Of a stretch of DNA of 59,879 bases, positions 36,675-46,798 are shown one piece after another. The DNA lies in the IMG/VR virus record IMGVR_UViG_3300031626_000002, positions 1-59,879 of that record, one strand, 5' to 3'. Position 1 is the first letter of the stretch; each line of letters begins with the position of its first letter. The position numbers were made by a program, and so were the translations under genes. The DNA comes from a virus. Its lineage: Duplodnaviria > Caudoviricetes. A model generated the notes under the pieces. That model saw only the letters and a program-made list of their open reading frames with translations, ran no database searches and was not told where the DNA came from.

Positions 36675-38429
36675 ATGCCACAACAGATTATACCAATTAC
36701 AGATCTAGCATCAGCAGGTCTTGTGCAAGATACTCCAGCAGTGTCGCTACCACCTAATGTCTTTTCAGATGTTCACAATGTTCGCTTTAGGGATGGGGCT
36801 GTTAAGCGATTCCCATCTGATGTTGATAAACTAACGTCACTTACAAACGTTGTGTACGTTGCATACTGGCCTTCAACACTTGGGGATCGATATGTAGTTA
36901 TCACAGATGATAGTACGAATACAACCTTTACAGTATACAGCGATAGTTTCTCTGTTGTCTCAGCACAAGGTGGTGTTAATACTGGAGTTACTGGTGGTGA
37001 TTGGCAACACACATTGTTTAATGGTGGTTATCATATTATATTTAACAATGGTAACTCTAGGCCCGTATTCCTACAAGATGATATTGTCGGGGTTACTCCT
37101 TTGCCTGGGTGGGATTCATATGCTGTTGAAGAGGCGATTACTTCTTTTGAACATGATGGTTCTGCAGGTTCTATTACACTTAAGAATACTGTGTTTGTAG
37201 ATCCAGGTGCGGGTAACTCAATATCTATTAAGGTAACTGCACTACCTCGTAACACATCTTCACCAATACGAACTGAAACAGTTTCTATAAACTCTTCAGG
37301 AGTCGTATCCCCTGACGCAACACTAGCTAATATCGGTACGATTAATGGAGTTGATTATCCAAACAACTCTTTTGATTTTACACCGGATACATCTTCTGGT
37401 GGCACTGTTTATAAACTATCTGTAAACACCACACCTGTTACATCTGTTACAGCGGGTGTTGTAAGATCTTACGGAAACCTCTTAGTTGCAGGTAACCTAA
37501 AGGAAACAGGGGGACGTACTCTCACGGGTACTGTTAGAACCTCTGATGTTGCAGGTCCAGGGGTTATCCCTGAGAACTGGAATCCCTTTAAGAATGGTGC
37601 TAACACAGCAGACGAATTTATCCTAGCTTCTACAGGAACTATTAAAGACCTAGTGGAAATGCAGGGGGTTTTATATGCATATACAGACTCTTCTATCCAC
37701 TCTATACAACAGACTAGCTCCCCTGTTATACCTTTTCAGATTGCAACAGTGACTGATAACTACGGTGTTAACAATACAGATGGTGTTATTGAAGTAGATG
37801 GTAAGCATATTGTATATGGTAGTAATGATTGTTATGTATTTGCAGGTCACCCTGGATCTATCTCATCTATTTCTGATGGGCGTGTAAGGAACTTCTTTCG
37901 TAATAGCGCAACAATTAAAACTGTTCGGTTTAATAAGTATGATGAGATTTGGTTTTGGTCTAGCTCAACAGTATATGTTTGGAACTATCGGAACAACGTG
38001 TGGACTAAGAGGGATCTACCAGCTAGTACAAATTCTATAGCTTCTGTGAGAAGTGACTTGCTTCTTTCAGCACCTACAAAACTAGTTGGTGTAGATGGAA
38101 GCTCATTTCTATCGGGTGCTTTCCTAGAGCGTAAACGCATGGCAGTTACGCCTGAGTTTGACACTGAGAGTGTATCAGGTATGGCACTATTATTTGATGG
38201 TCCCTCTAAGGTTAACATTAAATACGATGGTATTGACAAGCTTGGTGAGGTAGTTAACTTCTCTGCTAATGCTGCAATACCTTTTGATACTGCTACTGAT
38301 TATAAAGCAGATGTTAGATTCAATGGTAGGTTCTTAAACTATAGGATTGAAAGCCAGTCTAATGAGATAAGTCTTGATTGGAATCTTACAGGTTATCAAA
38401 TTCAAATAAACAAAGGAGGTAGTCGATAA
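36675..38429 (+). CDS. Tail nozzle / tail tubular B-like protein
   Basis: 584-aa beta-rich protein; GLVQDTP...NVRF, EIWF...VWNYRNNVWT, GRFLNYRIE. Confidence 0.75.
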   Translation: MPQQIIPITDLASAGLVQDTPAVSLPPNVFSDVHNVRFRDGAVKRFPSDVDKLTSLTNVVYVAYWPSTLGDRYVVITDDSTNTTFTVYSDSFSVVSAQGGVNTGVTGGDWQHTLFNGGYHIIFNNGNSRPVFLQDDIVGVTPLPGWDSYAVEEAITSFEHDGSAGSITLKNTVFVDPGAGNSISIKVTALPRNTSSPIRTETVSINSSGVVSPDATLANIGTINGVDYPNNSFDFTPDTSSGGTVYKLSVNTTPVTSVTAGVVRSYGNLLVAGNLKETGGRTLTGTVRTSDVAGPGVIPENWNPFKNGANTADEFILASTGTIKDLVEMQGVLYAYTDSSIHSIQQTSSPVIPFQIATVTDNYGVNNTDGVIEVDGKHIVYGSNDCYVFAGHPGSISSISDGRVRNFFRNSATIKTVRFNKYDEIWFWSSSTVYVWNYRNNVWTKRDLPASTNSIASVRSDLLLSAPTKLVGVDGSSFLSGAFLERKRMAVTPEFDTESVSGMALLFDGPSKVNIKYDGIDKLGEVVNFSANAAIPFDTATDYKADVRFNGRFLNYRIESQSNEISLDWNLTGYQIQINKGGSR

Positions 38430-39391
38430 TGGCTATTGTGAGACCTCCTTTTACAGGTGATGGTGCTCTAGATTCTTGGACAAACCAGATAACCCAATCT
38501 ATTAACATGGGATTATCTATAGGTCAATCTACTGGAGGAAGCTCAGCTGGTCCAACAGGCAACACTGCAATATATCTGTATCAAAGAACTTCAGTAAACA
38601 CTGCCCCTAATAGGCCGACTAGCGTTGAGTATGATTACACGGATATTGAGAATGTAACCATCACAGCTAACAATGGTTGGTTGGGATCAGTCCCAGCAAC
38701 TGGTGGTAAGTACCTTTGGATTACATTCAGATACATATCAAACCTTCAAGACACAATTACTGATGCTAACACTTGGGATACTGCAGTGTTACTATCTGAA
38801 GATGGAGATGATGGGACAGACGGGACAGACGGGACTAATGGTACTAATGGTACTAATGGTGCAACTGGTGCAACTGGTTCCCCAGCTCCTAGATTTGTTT
38901 CTCGTAGGGTATATATATCTTCTGCAGCAGGAACACCCAGTTCTCCATCAGCTACCCTAACATGGTCAACACTTGCACTATCTGGGATTACCACAGGTTG
39001 GTCGGAGACTGCCCCAACAGCTATTGCAACTTCAACTACTTTAGTTTACTTCTCTGACTTCTTATTTGTAGACACTACAGGTGCAGGTACAACTAGTGCA
39101 GTTACTGGTGGTACCCCTAAAGAGGGTATATCTTTTTCAGGTCTTGTGACATTCAACAGTGGTGACTTTGCACTTGATGGTAGTACTATAACATCTATAG
39201 ATGGTGGTAATATTGCTACTGACACCATAACAGCTGACAAAATGAACGTAACCAGCCTCGATGCTATATCAGCTACCCTTGGTACATTTAAGAGTGCGGC
39301 TACTGGTCAACGTATTGAGATTAAAGACGATGTAATTAAAGTCTATGACTCTAGTAACACAGTCAGAGTTAAGATAGGAAACCTAACATAA
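38429..39391 (+). CDS. Tail protein with short collagen-like GxY repeat
   Basis: DGDDGTDGTDGTNGTNGTNGATGATG; ends VRVKIGNL. Confidence 0.75.
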   Translation: MAIVRPPFTGDGALDSWTNQITQSINMGLSIGQSTGGSSAGPTGNTAIYLYQRTSVNTAPNRPTSVEYDYTDIENVTITANNGWLGSVPATGGKYLWITFRYISNLQDTITDANTWDTAVLLSEDGDDGTDGTDGTNGTNGTNGATGATGSPAPRFVSRRVYISSAAGTPSSPSATLTWSTLALSGITTGWSETAPTAIATSTTLVYFSDFLFVDTTGAGTTSAVTGGTPKEGISFSGLVTFNSGDFALDGSTITSIDGGNIATDTITADKMNVTSLDAISATLGTFKSAATGQRIEIKDDVIKVYDSSNTVRVKIGNLT

Positions 39392-39675
39392 TGGCATACG
39401 GCGTATCAATAAACACATCAGATGGCTTCAAAGACATAGCAGATGCATCGTCTGGTAGGGTGCTTTATGTCTATCAGATAAGAGCGGTCAGTGGGTCTGT
39501 CACGGTAAGTAACTTTGACGACACCACTGGCTTCTTCTTTGTAATGAACAGGAGCGGTCAGTCTTGGAATCCTGAATTTTTTTGGGATAACTCAACCAAG
39601 ATCTTTAGCTGGGGTAACACCTCGGGCTATTATACGGGCAACCAATTCCTCGACATTTATTTCTTCGCTCTATAG
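39391..39675 (+). CDS. Small tail-tip protein
   Basis: MAYG start, coupled to the upstream gene. Confidence 0.65.
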   Translation: MAYGVSINTSDGFKDIADASSGRVLYVYQIRAVSGSVTVSNFDDTTGFFFVMNRSGQSWNPEFFWDNSTKIFSWGNTSGYYTGNQFLDIYFFAL

Positions 39676-39690
39676 TAATAAGGAAATCAT

Positions 39691-40413
39691 ATGGCATACG
39701 GTGCACAATTCATGAACTCAAGCGGGGGGGTTGTCTTTGACAGCTCTTACCCTGCTTTGGGTGTAATCAAGAAGCAAACTATTGCGTCTTACGCTTCGCA
39801 AAGTACAACTAGGTACTTATACACCTACCCCGGTAGTGCTAGCCCTATTGCTACAGGAGTTAGCTACCTCATCAACGTGCCCACAATACAAAATGGCATA
39901 AACTGTATGCCGTTATTCCAGCTACCTAGTAACGGTGACTATTGTGGTCCAGACTCTAGGTACGGCACTAATGACGGGCCTATCACCTACAGATCTAACC
40001 TAAGCTCTATTACTTTCATATGGGTCGCCCCTATGAACCTACTAGCCCCCGGTAGCTCAGCTTATGGTGTTGAGTGTTGGGATGAGAGCGGTGCCTTGAC
40101 CTACTCGTCAGACCAAGTGCTATTTTTCGTAAGAGGCTCTTTAGCCTCAGACAACCCTCCAGTGGGTCAGACAGGTTTAGCGCAGACCACTGTAGGTAGC
40201 TCAGATTGGTTTTGCATGGAAAACTGCCACCATCCGATGCACGCCACCGGAAACACTGGTATTAGAAACCTATTCCCCAGCGCCCTAAGAAGGCAGTCTT
40301 CAACTATAGTTGAAAAACGTAATAACTACTCTGGCTGGCCTAACACACCCAACATCCCTGCATCTCAATATAGGGACAACTGGGGCCTACACGGCCTAGC
40401 CTCGGCAGTATAA
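39691..40413 (+). CDS. Tail-tip / receptor-binding protein
   Basis: Two AYG..f.s.G...fdS-type modules (MAYGAQFMNSSGGVVFDS; AYGVECWDESGALTYSS). Confidence 0.65.
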   Translation: MAYGAQFMNSSGGVVFDSSYPALGVIKKQTIASYASQSTTRYLYTYPGSASPIATGVSYLINVPTIQNGINCMPLFQLPSNGDYCGPDSRYGTNDGPITYRSNLSSITFIWVAPMNLLAPGSSAYGVECWDESGALTYSSDQVLFFVRGSLASDNPPVGQTGLAQTTVGSSDWFCMENCHHPMHATGNTGIRNLFPSALRRQSSTIVEKRNNYSGWPNTPNIPASQYRDNWGLHGLASAV

Positions 40414-40543
40414 AGGAAAACACATGCTACAACTTATACCTCTCTTGACTCCTATCATTGAGGTAGTTGAGTAATGGGAGGTATTGTAATATGATGGAAC
40501 CAAAAGAAGTAAAACTATAAATGAAACCAAAAAGGAATCTTTA

Positions 40544-40939
40544 ATGATAAGATTATTAAGTGGCCCTGAGTTGGCAGACAGGTGGCATAAGTTAAGTCCC
40601 TTAATCGATCAAGCGTTAGTACATGGGGGAGGAGTTGTGACATCTCACGGACTCTTCCTACAATGTTTAGGTGCTGTGGGCCAGTGTTGGGTAAGAGAAG
40701 AGGGTGAAGTTTGTATAACTCGCTTTGAAGAAATAGAAGGTAAGAAGCAGTTAGCTGTAGTTGCCTGCACATCTCCTGGTTGGTTTACTCATGGCCCTGA
40801 GATACTAAAAACACTTGAGGATTTCGCACGTTTTAATGGATGCAAAAGAACTGTAGTCTATGGGCGCAAAGGTTGGGCTCGTGCCCTCAAACAATATGGA
40901 TACAATGAGCCGTTTATAACGCTCACGAAGGAGGTTTAA
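40544..40939 (+). CDS. Acetyltransferase-like virion assembly protein
   Basis: LEDFARFNGCK...GRKGWARALK; sits just before the ejection genes. Confidence 0.6.
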   Translation: MIRLLSGPELADRWHKLSPLIDQALVHGGGVVTSHGLFLQCLGAVGQCWVREEGEVCITRFEEIEGKKQLAVVACTSPGWFTHGPEILKTLEDFARFNGCKRTVVYGRKGWARALKQYGYNEPFITLTKEV

Positions 40940-40940
40940 T

Positions 40941-41627
40941 ATGTCAGGTGGTGGTGGAAGCACAACAAGTACAACAGGTTTACCGGATTGGGCTCGTCCC
41001 TATGTCGAAGATAGCCTAGGTAGCGCAGTAGATCTATATGGTTCAGGTGCCTATGAGAATGTTGCAGGTTTTACTCCTGAACAGATTACTGCTATGGAGA
41101 AACAAAAAGAATTAGGTGGTACAGGCGGTGTGTACGATAAGATTGCAGCAGATAGCTATGGAGCTACTCAAGCATATCGTGATGCAGCCAGTGGTACTGG
41201 TATGTTTGGGGCTGACGCCTTAGGTAAACAAACTACTGCTATGAAAGATAGTATTGGTACTGCAGTTAGTGATATCCTTGGTCAACAGAGGGGTCAGTTT
41301 AGCCAGTCAGGTAACCTTGGCAGTGCCAGGGCACAACAGTCTATGGATTCATCCGCTATGAAAGTAGGTGGTGAAATGGCTGCAGCTGAGCTTGCTAATC
41401 GCCGTAGTGCAGCTTTGTCTGGGGCTGGTGGTGTACTAGGTGCTGGTAGTGGTCTCCAAAATCAATTTGGTGCAGGTGCTGGTATGCTTGGTGGTGTTGG
41501 TTCAGCAATCCAACAACAACGTCAGAACGAAGGCGATGCAGCCTATCAAGGTATTCAACGATTGTTTGGTCTGTATGGATCTCCTGCTATTGGGAGCACA
41601 AGTACCCAATCAGGTGGAGGTAAGTAA
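40941..41627 (+). CDS. Internal virion (ejection/pilot) protein
   Basis: MSGGGGSTTSTT.LPDWARPY, Gly/Ala/Gln-rich, no Cys. Confidence 0.75.
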   Translation: MSGGGGSTTSTTGLPDWARPYVEDSLGSAVDLYGSGAYENVAGFTPEQITAMEKQKELGGTGGVYDKIAADSYGATQAYRDAASGTGMFGADALGKQTTAMKDSIGTAVSDILGQQRGQFSQSGNLGSARAQQSMDSSAMKVGGEMAAAELANRRSAALSGAGGVLGAGSGLQNQFGAGAGMLGGVGSAIQQQRQNEGDAAYQGIQRLFGLYGSPAIGSTSTQSGGGK

Positions 41628-42970
41628 TGAGACGTATAATCCAAAAGTACCAAGAGGGTGGTGTGGTTCAACCTGCAGTTAACACTGGGGTACCTCAGGG
41701 TGGTAATGCAGCTTCAGCTATTAAGAGTTACCTAAGTGGTAATGTCTCTGGTCCATTGTCTTATACAGCTAGTGGATCAAACACACCTGACTATAGGGCA
41801 ATGGCTGCAGATAGGGCTAGGTTACGTGCACAGTTAGCAGCAACTGGTGCCTCTATAGGGGATCAAGTTAGAGCTATAAATGATGCAGATGCTATTGTAG
41901 CAACCGAACGTACTAACACAAAAAGCACTGGGAGTGATGGGACAACATCTTCCTGGGGTAGTGATCAAGATACGTATGGTGCTCCTGGTGGGTTTTGGGG
42001 TGGAAACAGTGACTCTGAGGGTAACTTAATTCGTAACGATAGTGTTTCCGACGATGACTTCTGGGACACTTTTGAGTCAGGTGAATCCTCCGGTGGTTTA
42101 TTCACTGGTGGTGGTTCTGATGGGGCTGGTAAGTATGGTGTTGTTGGAGATATTGGTGGTGGTGTCAGGAACGTAGCGTCTACAATCTTAGATAACTCAC
42201 TTATTGGTAGGGGGTACTCTGCCCTAACGGGTAAGGACTTGATTGGAAAGTACGTACAACCGGAAGTTTCAGTTAACAATGCAACAGTAGCTGGTGGTGT
42301 TTCAAATACTGGCAGTACATCTAATGGGTCGTCTAATAGTGATTCTTACATAACACCCACTGGTATTGTATCAGGTGGTGGTTCCGATGGTGTAGGGAAC
42401 TTTGGAGCTGTTGGTGATTTCTTTGGTAGTATTGGTGACGCTTTAAATGTTACTAATTACGATGGATCTCAAGAAGACAAGCCAAGTGGGAGTAGTGGTG
42501 GCTGGTCTTGGTTCAAGAACAACGGTGGCCCTATTGGTCTCAACGCAGGTGGACCATCAGGTGGTATATCTGTAGCTAACACTGGTCTACGTGAAGATGA
42601 AATACGTCAGCGTCAAATGATGCAGTCTCAGATTCAACCTGAACAAAAAAGTCCTCTCTCAGGTATTGGGGAGAGCCTAATGATGGGTGCTGTTGATAAT
42701 GGTATTAACACTGGACTTGCTACCTTAGCGAGTAAAGAGGGACTGGCTGGAACTCTTGGAACCATGATGGGAAGTGGTGGAGTAGGTGCCACAGCTGCTA
42801 CTGGGGGACTTGGTGCAGGTATGATGGCAGCACTTGGACCTGTTGGCATTGGTCTTGGCCTAGGTAAACTCTTTGGAGTGTTTAACGATGGGGGTAAGGT
42901 CCCTTGCTCTTGTGGCAAAACACCTTGCAAATGTGCAAAAGGAAAGAAGTCACCACTATCAGGAGAATGA
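41627..42970 (+). CDS. Gly/Ser-rich internal virion protein
   Basis: Low complexity, hydrophobic Gly-rich segment near the C-terminus, position in the ejection cluster. Confidence 0.7.
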   Translation: MRRIIQKYQEGGVVQPAVNTGVPQGGNAASAIKSYLSGNVSGPLSYTASGSNTPDYRAMAADRARLRAQLAATGASIGDQVRAINDADAIVATERTNTKSTGSDGTTSSWGSDQDTYGAPGGFWGGNSDSEGNLIRNDSVSDDDFWDTFESGESSGGLFTGGGSDGAGKYGVVGDIGGGVRNVASTILDNSLIGRGYSALTGKDLIGKYVQPEVSVNNATVAGGVSNTGSTSNGSSNSDSYITPTGIVSGGGSDGVGNFGAVGDFFGSIGDALNVTNYDGSQEDKPSGSSGGWSWFKNNGGPIGLNAGGPSGGISVANTGLREDEIRQRQMMQSQIQPEQKSPLSGIGESLMMGAVDNGINTGLATLASKEGLAGTLGTMMGSGGVGATAATGGLGAGMMAALGPVGIGLGLGKLFGVFNDGGKVPCSCGKTPCKCAKGKKSPLSGE

Positions 42971-42971
42971 T

Positions 42972-45900
42972 ATGATCGATAAAACAGATCCAACTAATAG
43001 GGATACTGTACCTGCGATGCTAACACCTGGGGAATTTGTCCTCAACAAGGAAGCATCAACTATGTTTGCTCCTGTGATAGAGCAAATGAATAGCGCAGGT
43101 TTACAGCATCGTGCAATGAAAAACATGGGTGGTGGTATTCCAACTTATAACACAGGCGGTCTTGTTCCCTTCCTGAAAGAAGTGGAGGGCTATGGTCAAC
43201 CCCCAAATCATGACAAGTCATACCAAGACCAAGCTGGTGTGTGGACAATAGGGTATGGGCGAACTCGCAATGCTGATGGTAGTCTTATTAAACCGAATCA
43301 GACAAGTGATAAAAAGTCTGAAGAATCTTGGCTTAAAGTTAGGGCTCAAAAAGACCGTGACGCTACTGTAGAGTATGGTAAAAAACATGGCTATGATTGG
43401 AACGATAACCAGATTGATGCATTAGCATCTTTTCGTTTTAACATTGGAAACTTAGACCAACTAACTGATTTTGGTAAAAGGGACATGGCTACCATTACTG
43501 CAAAGATACCAGAGTACAATCAAGCTGGTGGAAAAGTAAGTGATGGTCTTATTAATAGGCGGCAAGCTGAGCTTAATCTTTTTTCAGGTGGTAGTGAACC
43601 TTCACAAGAAACCCCACAACCCACAACTCAAACAGCATCTGCAGAACCTGTACCAAGATTTTTTAGTGGTGGTGGTGCTGATGGTGAAGGCAGTTTTGGT
43701 AAGGTTGGTGATTTCTTTAGTGGGGTAACAACACCATCTGTAGCACCTATGGCTTCTGTACCTCCTCAAATGAGACCTAAAGATCTAGCTCCTCAAATGG
43801 CTGCTGGTTCTATAGATACTATGGCATCTTCACGCCCTCAAATGAGACCCAACACTCAAGCAGATCCTGTCGCTGTTGAACAAGCAATTATGCAAGCTAG
43901 TGTACCACAGGTACAAGCAGCACCCCCAGAACCAACAGACTTTGGTGAAGCCTTCAAAGACGCACGAGCTGACATGGGAGCGGGAGGTATCTTTAACTTT
44001 CGTGGTCGTGATTATAATACTAATTATGCTGAAGAGAAGGATATGGTAACTGCTAACATGGGTGGTTCTATTTATCTAAATACAGGTGGATTATCTATAG
44101 ATCAAATGGCTCGACGTAAGCTTCAGGAAGACGTTGACAACGCTTGGTTCAAACGTAATGAGCGTGATGCTCTTACTAAATTTGATCAAGCCAACCTCGC
44201 ACTTCAAGCTATGCCTCAAAGTTTTGCTGCTCCATCTCCAATGCAAACAGAGGGGGATCAACTACCTAGGGTACTTCCAGGCAGTGGCCCTCAACAGGAG
44301 CCTAGTATGGCTGATCAAGGTGGTCCTAATAGGGTTCCACCCATGAGTCCCCCAATGCCAGATGTTAATAGTGATGAATCATTACTGCAAGGTTCTTCTG
44401 GCAATGTTGATCAAGCATTTAAATTCAAACAACTACAATACAGTGTCCCAAAACCAGGACAAGGCTTAGGTCTTGAGACATTTGGTCCAGGTAATATCTT
44501 TAACAATGGTCAAACTATACCAGAGATCCGTGATCCAAGGGAACTTGGGGGTACTGAGGGGTATGGTCAGACTGGTGATGCTACTTCTCGTAGGGCTGCG
44601 GCTCAACAGAGGTTAATTGCTCTTCGTGAAAACCTAGTTACAGGGTCACCTGAACACATCAAGGTGTCTAACCTTATCACAGGGGCATTCACCCCATCTA
44701 TGACAAGCCTAGATGAATTGGTTGATTACAACATACCAGCTTCAATTATGGACTCTGATAGGATGATGGTTGGTAATGTACCTATGGGAGATGGTGTTCC
44801 CAATATGGTTGAAGATATAATAAAAAGTAGGATACCAAACCCCGCTGCTAACCTTGATGTTGGTCACCCAGATCGTGTGGCTGCTATTGAGGCTGGTACT
44901 CTTGAGCCAACTGATGCTGATTATGCATTTGATGAAGAGCAATATAGACTTTCTGAGGCTCTTAGGCAAAACAGAATAGATCAAGCAGTCGCTATTGAGA
45001 GTAGTAAAACAGATCGTCAAGGTACGGAAGATGGTTCTTTAAAGGACGAGGAACAAAGGCTTGCTAATGAGATAGCAGCTATGACTGGTCGTGTTCCACC
45101 CCTAAATTCTCCACCTGTCCAACAAACCGATATTGCAATGCCTATATCTGCAGACACAATGGCTGCTGCTGCTCTTGCAAGTGGGATACCATCTGCTAAG
45201 ACTAATCCTGAAGTTATTCTTCAAGTGGCTAATCAAAGACAGACTGCAGAAGATGCTATCGAACAAGCAAAAAGGGATCTTGCTACTGCTGAAGCTGGTA
45301 TTAGGAATGCTGCAACAGCTGAGCAAGTTTTGAAGTACGAGGAGATGGGTAGGCAAGCTAAGACAAATCTCACAACCTCTTCAGCTGACTTAGTAGAAGC
45401 GCAGGAACAACAAATCCAGATAGATGAAGTTGATGCTGCTGCAGAAGCTGACAAGTCAACCCTCATTAGGACAAGCCAAGCACAGGCTGATGCTGCACGG
45501 GAAGCAGCCTTGAGTTCTCTAGGGTTCTCCAAGATCCCTGAGAAGAAGGGACCTGGATCAACCAAGGGACCTATGATTAAGACGGGACCTAATGGTACTA
45601 TCTTAGATGCTAATGGTAAAGCCATTGTTAATCTTACACCACAGGAAGCAATCACCTCCGATGTAGCAGCGAAAGCTAAAGCAAAGGCTGATATAATAGC
45701 GGCTGAGGGTGGTGGTAAGAAGACACCTGAAGTATCCGGTGCTATGTCTATGCTTAAGGGTGTCTTCGGGGATCTCTTTGACAGTAAGGAACTAATCAGA
45801 GCTGCTGTTATGTATCTTGGTGGTCGTGCCACTGGTATGTCTGGTAATCAAGCTCTTGCCTTTGCTGGTAAGAACTACATTGCTAGGACTGATGCTAAGG

Positions 45901-46769
45901 AAGGTGCATATCAGAAGGTTGCTCTTGAAGGTAAGCATACTAAATCAAGCCTTGCAATCTTTAAGAAATCTATGGACTTTGGTGATCTTGTAACTAAGGG
46001 TCTTCCTGCAGTGCCTACTGGTGATTTTAAAACCATGTATGATAGAAAAACAGGTAGGGAAATTACTCTAACTGAAAAGAAAGTAGGTGATGGTAGTTAT
46101 TGGTTTGATGGTAATGAGCAAGTTGATGTGAGGGCACTTACAAATGATGGTAGGTTTGCCCCTAAGACAGCAGCTAATGTTGCCTACAAGAACACAATAA
46201 GGGGTAATGTAGAGTCTCTTGTTACATCACTAGATTCTTTAAATCCAAGTAAGATCCCCGATGCGAAGGCTGGTATTTCAGAACTGGGTATTGCAAAGGA
46301 AACAATTGGAAGGGAAGCTGTTACGTTCGCTATTGAGAATGGGATGGAACTAGAGCAGATGGAAGAGCTTGTAGAGAAAGCTTATAAAGAAGCACTAGTT
46401 GATGCTCGGTCTGGTAAGAAACCAACTAGGTTGAGTGATTATTTCTCAAGGGCTTGGGTAGAATCTAACACTACCGATGCACAAAACTTCTTCTTACCTG
46501 GTGAAACTAAGGATGGTAAACCGATCCCAGTTCCTGTAGCCAATGTTACAACTTTCTTACAGACTATTAAGAATGCTGCGGCTGCTAGTGGTAAGGAAGG
46601 GTTGGCTAATATGAGCGACACTCAAGTCTCATCTTGGCTAATGAGCACAGACTCTTACAAAGCTTGGCAAACAATGGACCCCGATCTGAAGAAAGAGTAC
46701 ATTAAAAATGGTGCAGCTAGTGGTCGAAGCGGGATGATGGAATACATTATATCCGGTATGGTATCTTAG
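42972..46769 (+). CDS. Internal virion protein with GH24 lysozyme domain
   Basis: Start MIDKT after AGGAG; DTVPAMLTPGEFV; EVEG...YQDQAGVWTIGYG...DALASFRFNIG...GLINRRQAE. Confidence 0.85.
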   Translation: MIDKTDPTNRDTVPAMLTPGEFVLNKEASTMFAPVIEQMNSAGLQHRAMKNMGGGIPTYNTGGLVPFLKEVEGYGQPPNHDKSYQDQAGVWTIGYGRTRNADGSLIKPNQTSDKKSEESWLKVRAQKDRDATVEYGKKHGYDWNDNQIDALASFRFNIGNLDQLTDFGKRDMATITAKIPEYNQAGGKVSDGLINRRQAELNLFSGGSEPSQETPQPTTQTASAEPVPRFFSGGGADGEGSFGKVGDFFSGVTTPSVAPMASVPPQMRPKDLAPQMAAGSIDTMASSRPQMRPNTQADPVAVEQAIMQASVPQVQAAPPEPTDFGEAFKDARADMGAGGIFNFRGRDYNTNYAEEKDMVTANMGGSIYLNTGGLSIDQMARRKLQEDVDNAWFKRNERDALTKFDQANLALQAMPQSFAAPSPMQTEGDQLPRVLPGSGPQQEPSMADQGGPNRVPPMSPPMPDVNSDESLLQGSSGNVDQAFKFKQLQYSVPKPGQGLGLETFGPGNIFNNGQTIPEIRDPRELGGTEGYGQTGDATSRRAAAQQRLIALRENLVTGSPEHIKVSNLITGAFTPSMTSLDELVDYNIPASIMDSDRMMVGNVPMGDGVPNMVEDIIKSRIPNPAANLDVGHPDRVAAIEAGTLEPTDADYAFDEEQYRLSEALRQNRIDQAVAIESSKTDRQGTEDGSLKDEEQRLANEIAAMTGRVPPLNSPPVQQTDIAMPISADTMAAAALASGIPSAKTNPEVILQVANQRQTAEDAIEQAKRDLATAEAGIRNAATAEQVLKYEEMGRQAKTNLTTSSADLVEAQEQQIQIDEVDAAAEADKSTLIRTSQAQADAAREAALSSLGFSKIPEKKGPGSTKGPMIKTGPNGTILDANGKAIVNLTPQEAITSDVAAKAKAKADIIAAEGGGKKTPEVSGAMSMLKGVFGDLFDSKELIRAAVMYLGGRATGMSGNQALAFAGKNYIARTDAKEGAYQKVALEGKHTKSSLAIFKKSMDFGDLVTKGLPAVPTGDFKTMYDRKTGREITLTEKKVGDGSYWFDGNEQVDVRALTNDGRFAPKTAANVAYKNTIRGNVESLVTSLDSLNPSKIPDAKAGISELGIAKETIGREAVTFAIENGMELEQMEELVEKAYKEALVDARSGKKPTRLSDYFSRAWVESNTTDAQNFFLPGETKDGKPIPVPVANVTTFLQTIKNAAAASGKEGLANMSDTQVSSWLMSTDSYKAWQTMDPDLKKEYIKNGAASGRSGMMEYIISGMVS

Positions 46770-46798
46770 CAGTATAATTTAACACAAGGAGATATGTA

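Noticed and set aside
42873-42971. Upstream start of the 1298-aa ORF
   Set aside because: It overlaps the previous gene; the ATG at 42972 has an AGGAG RBS.
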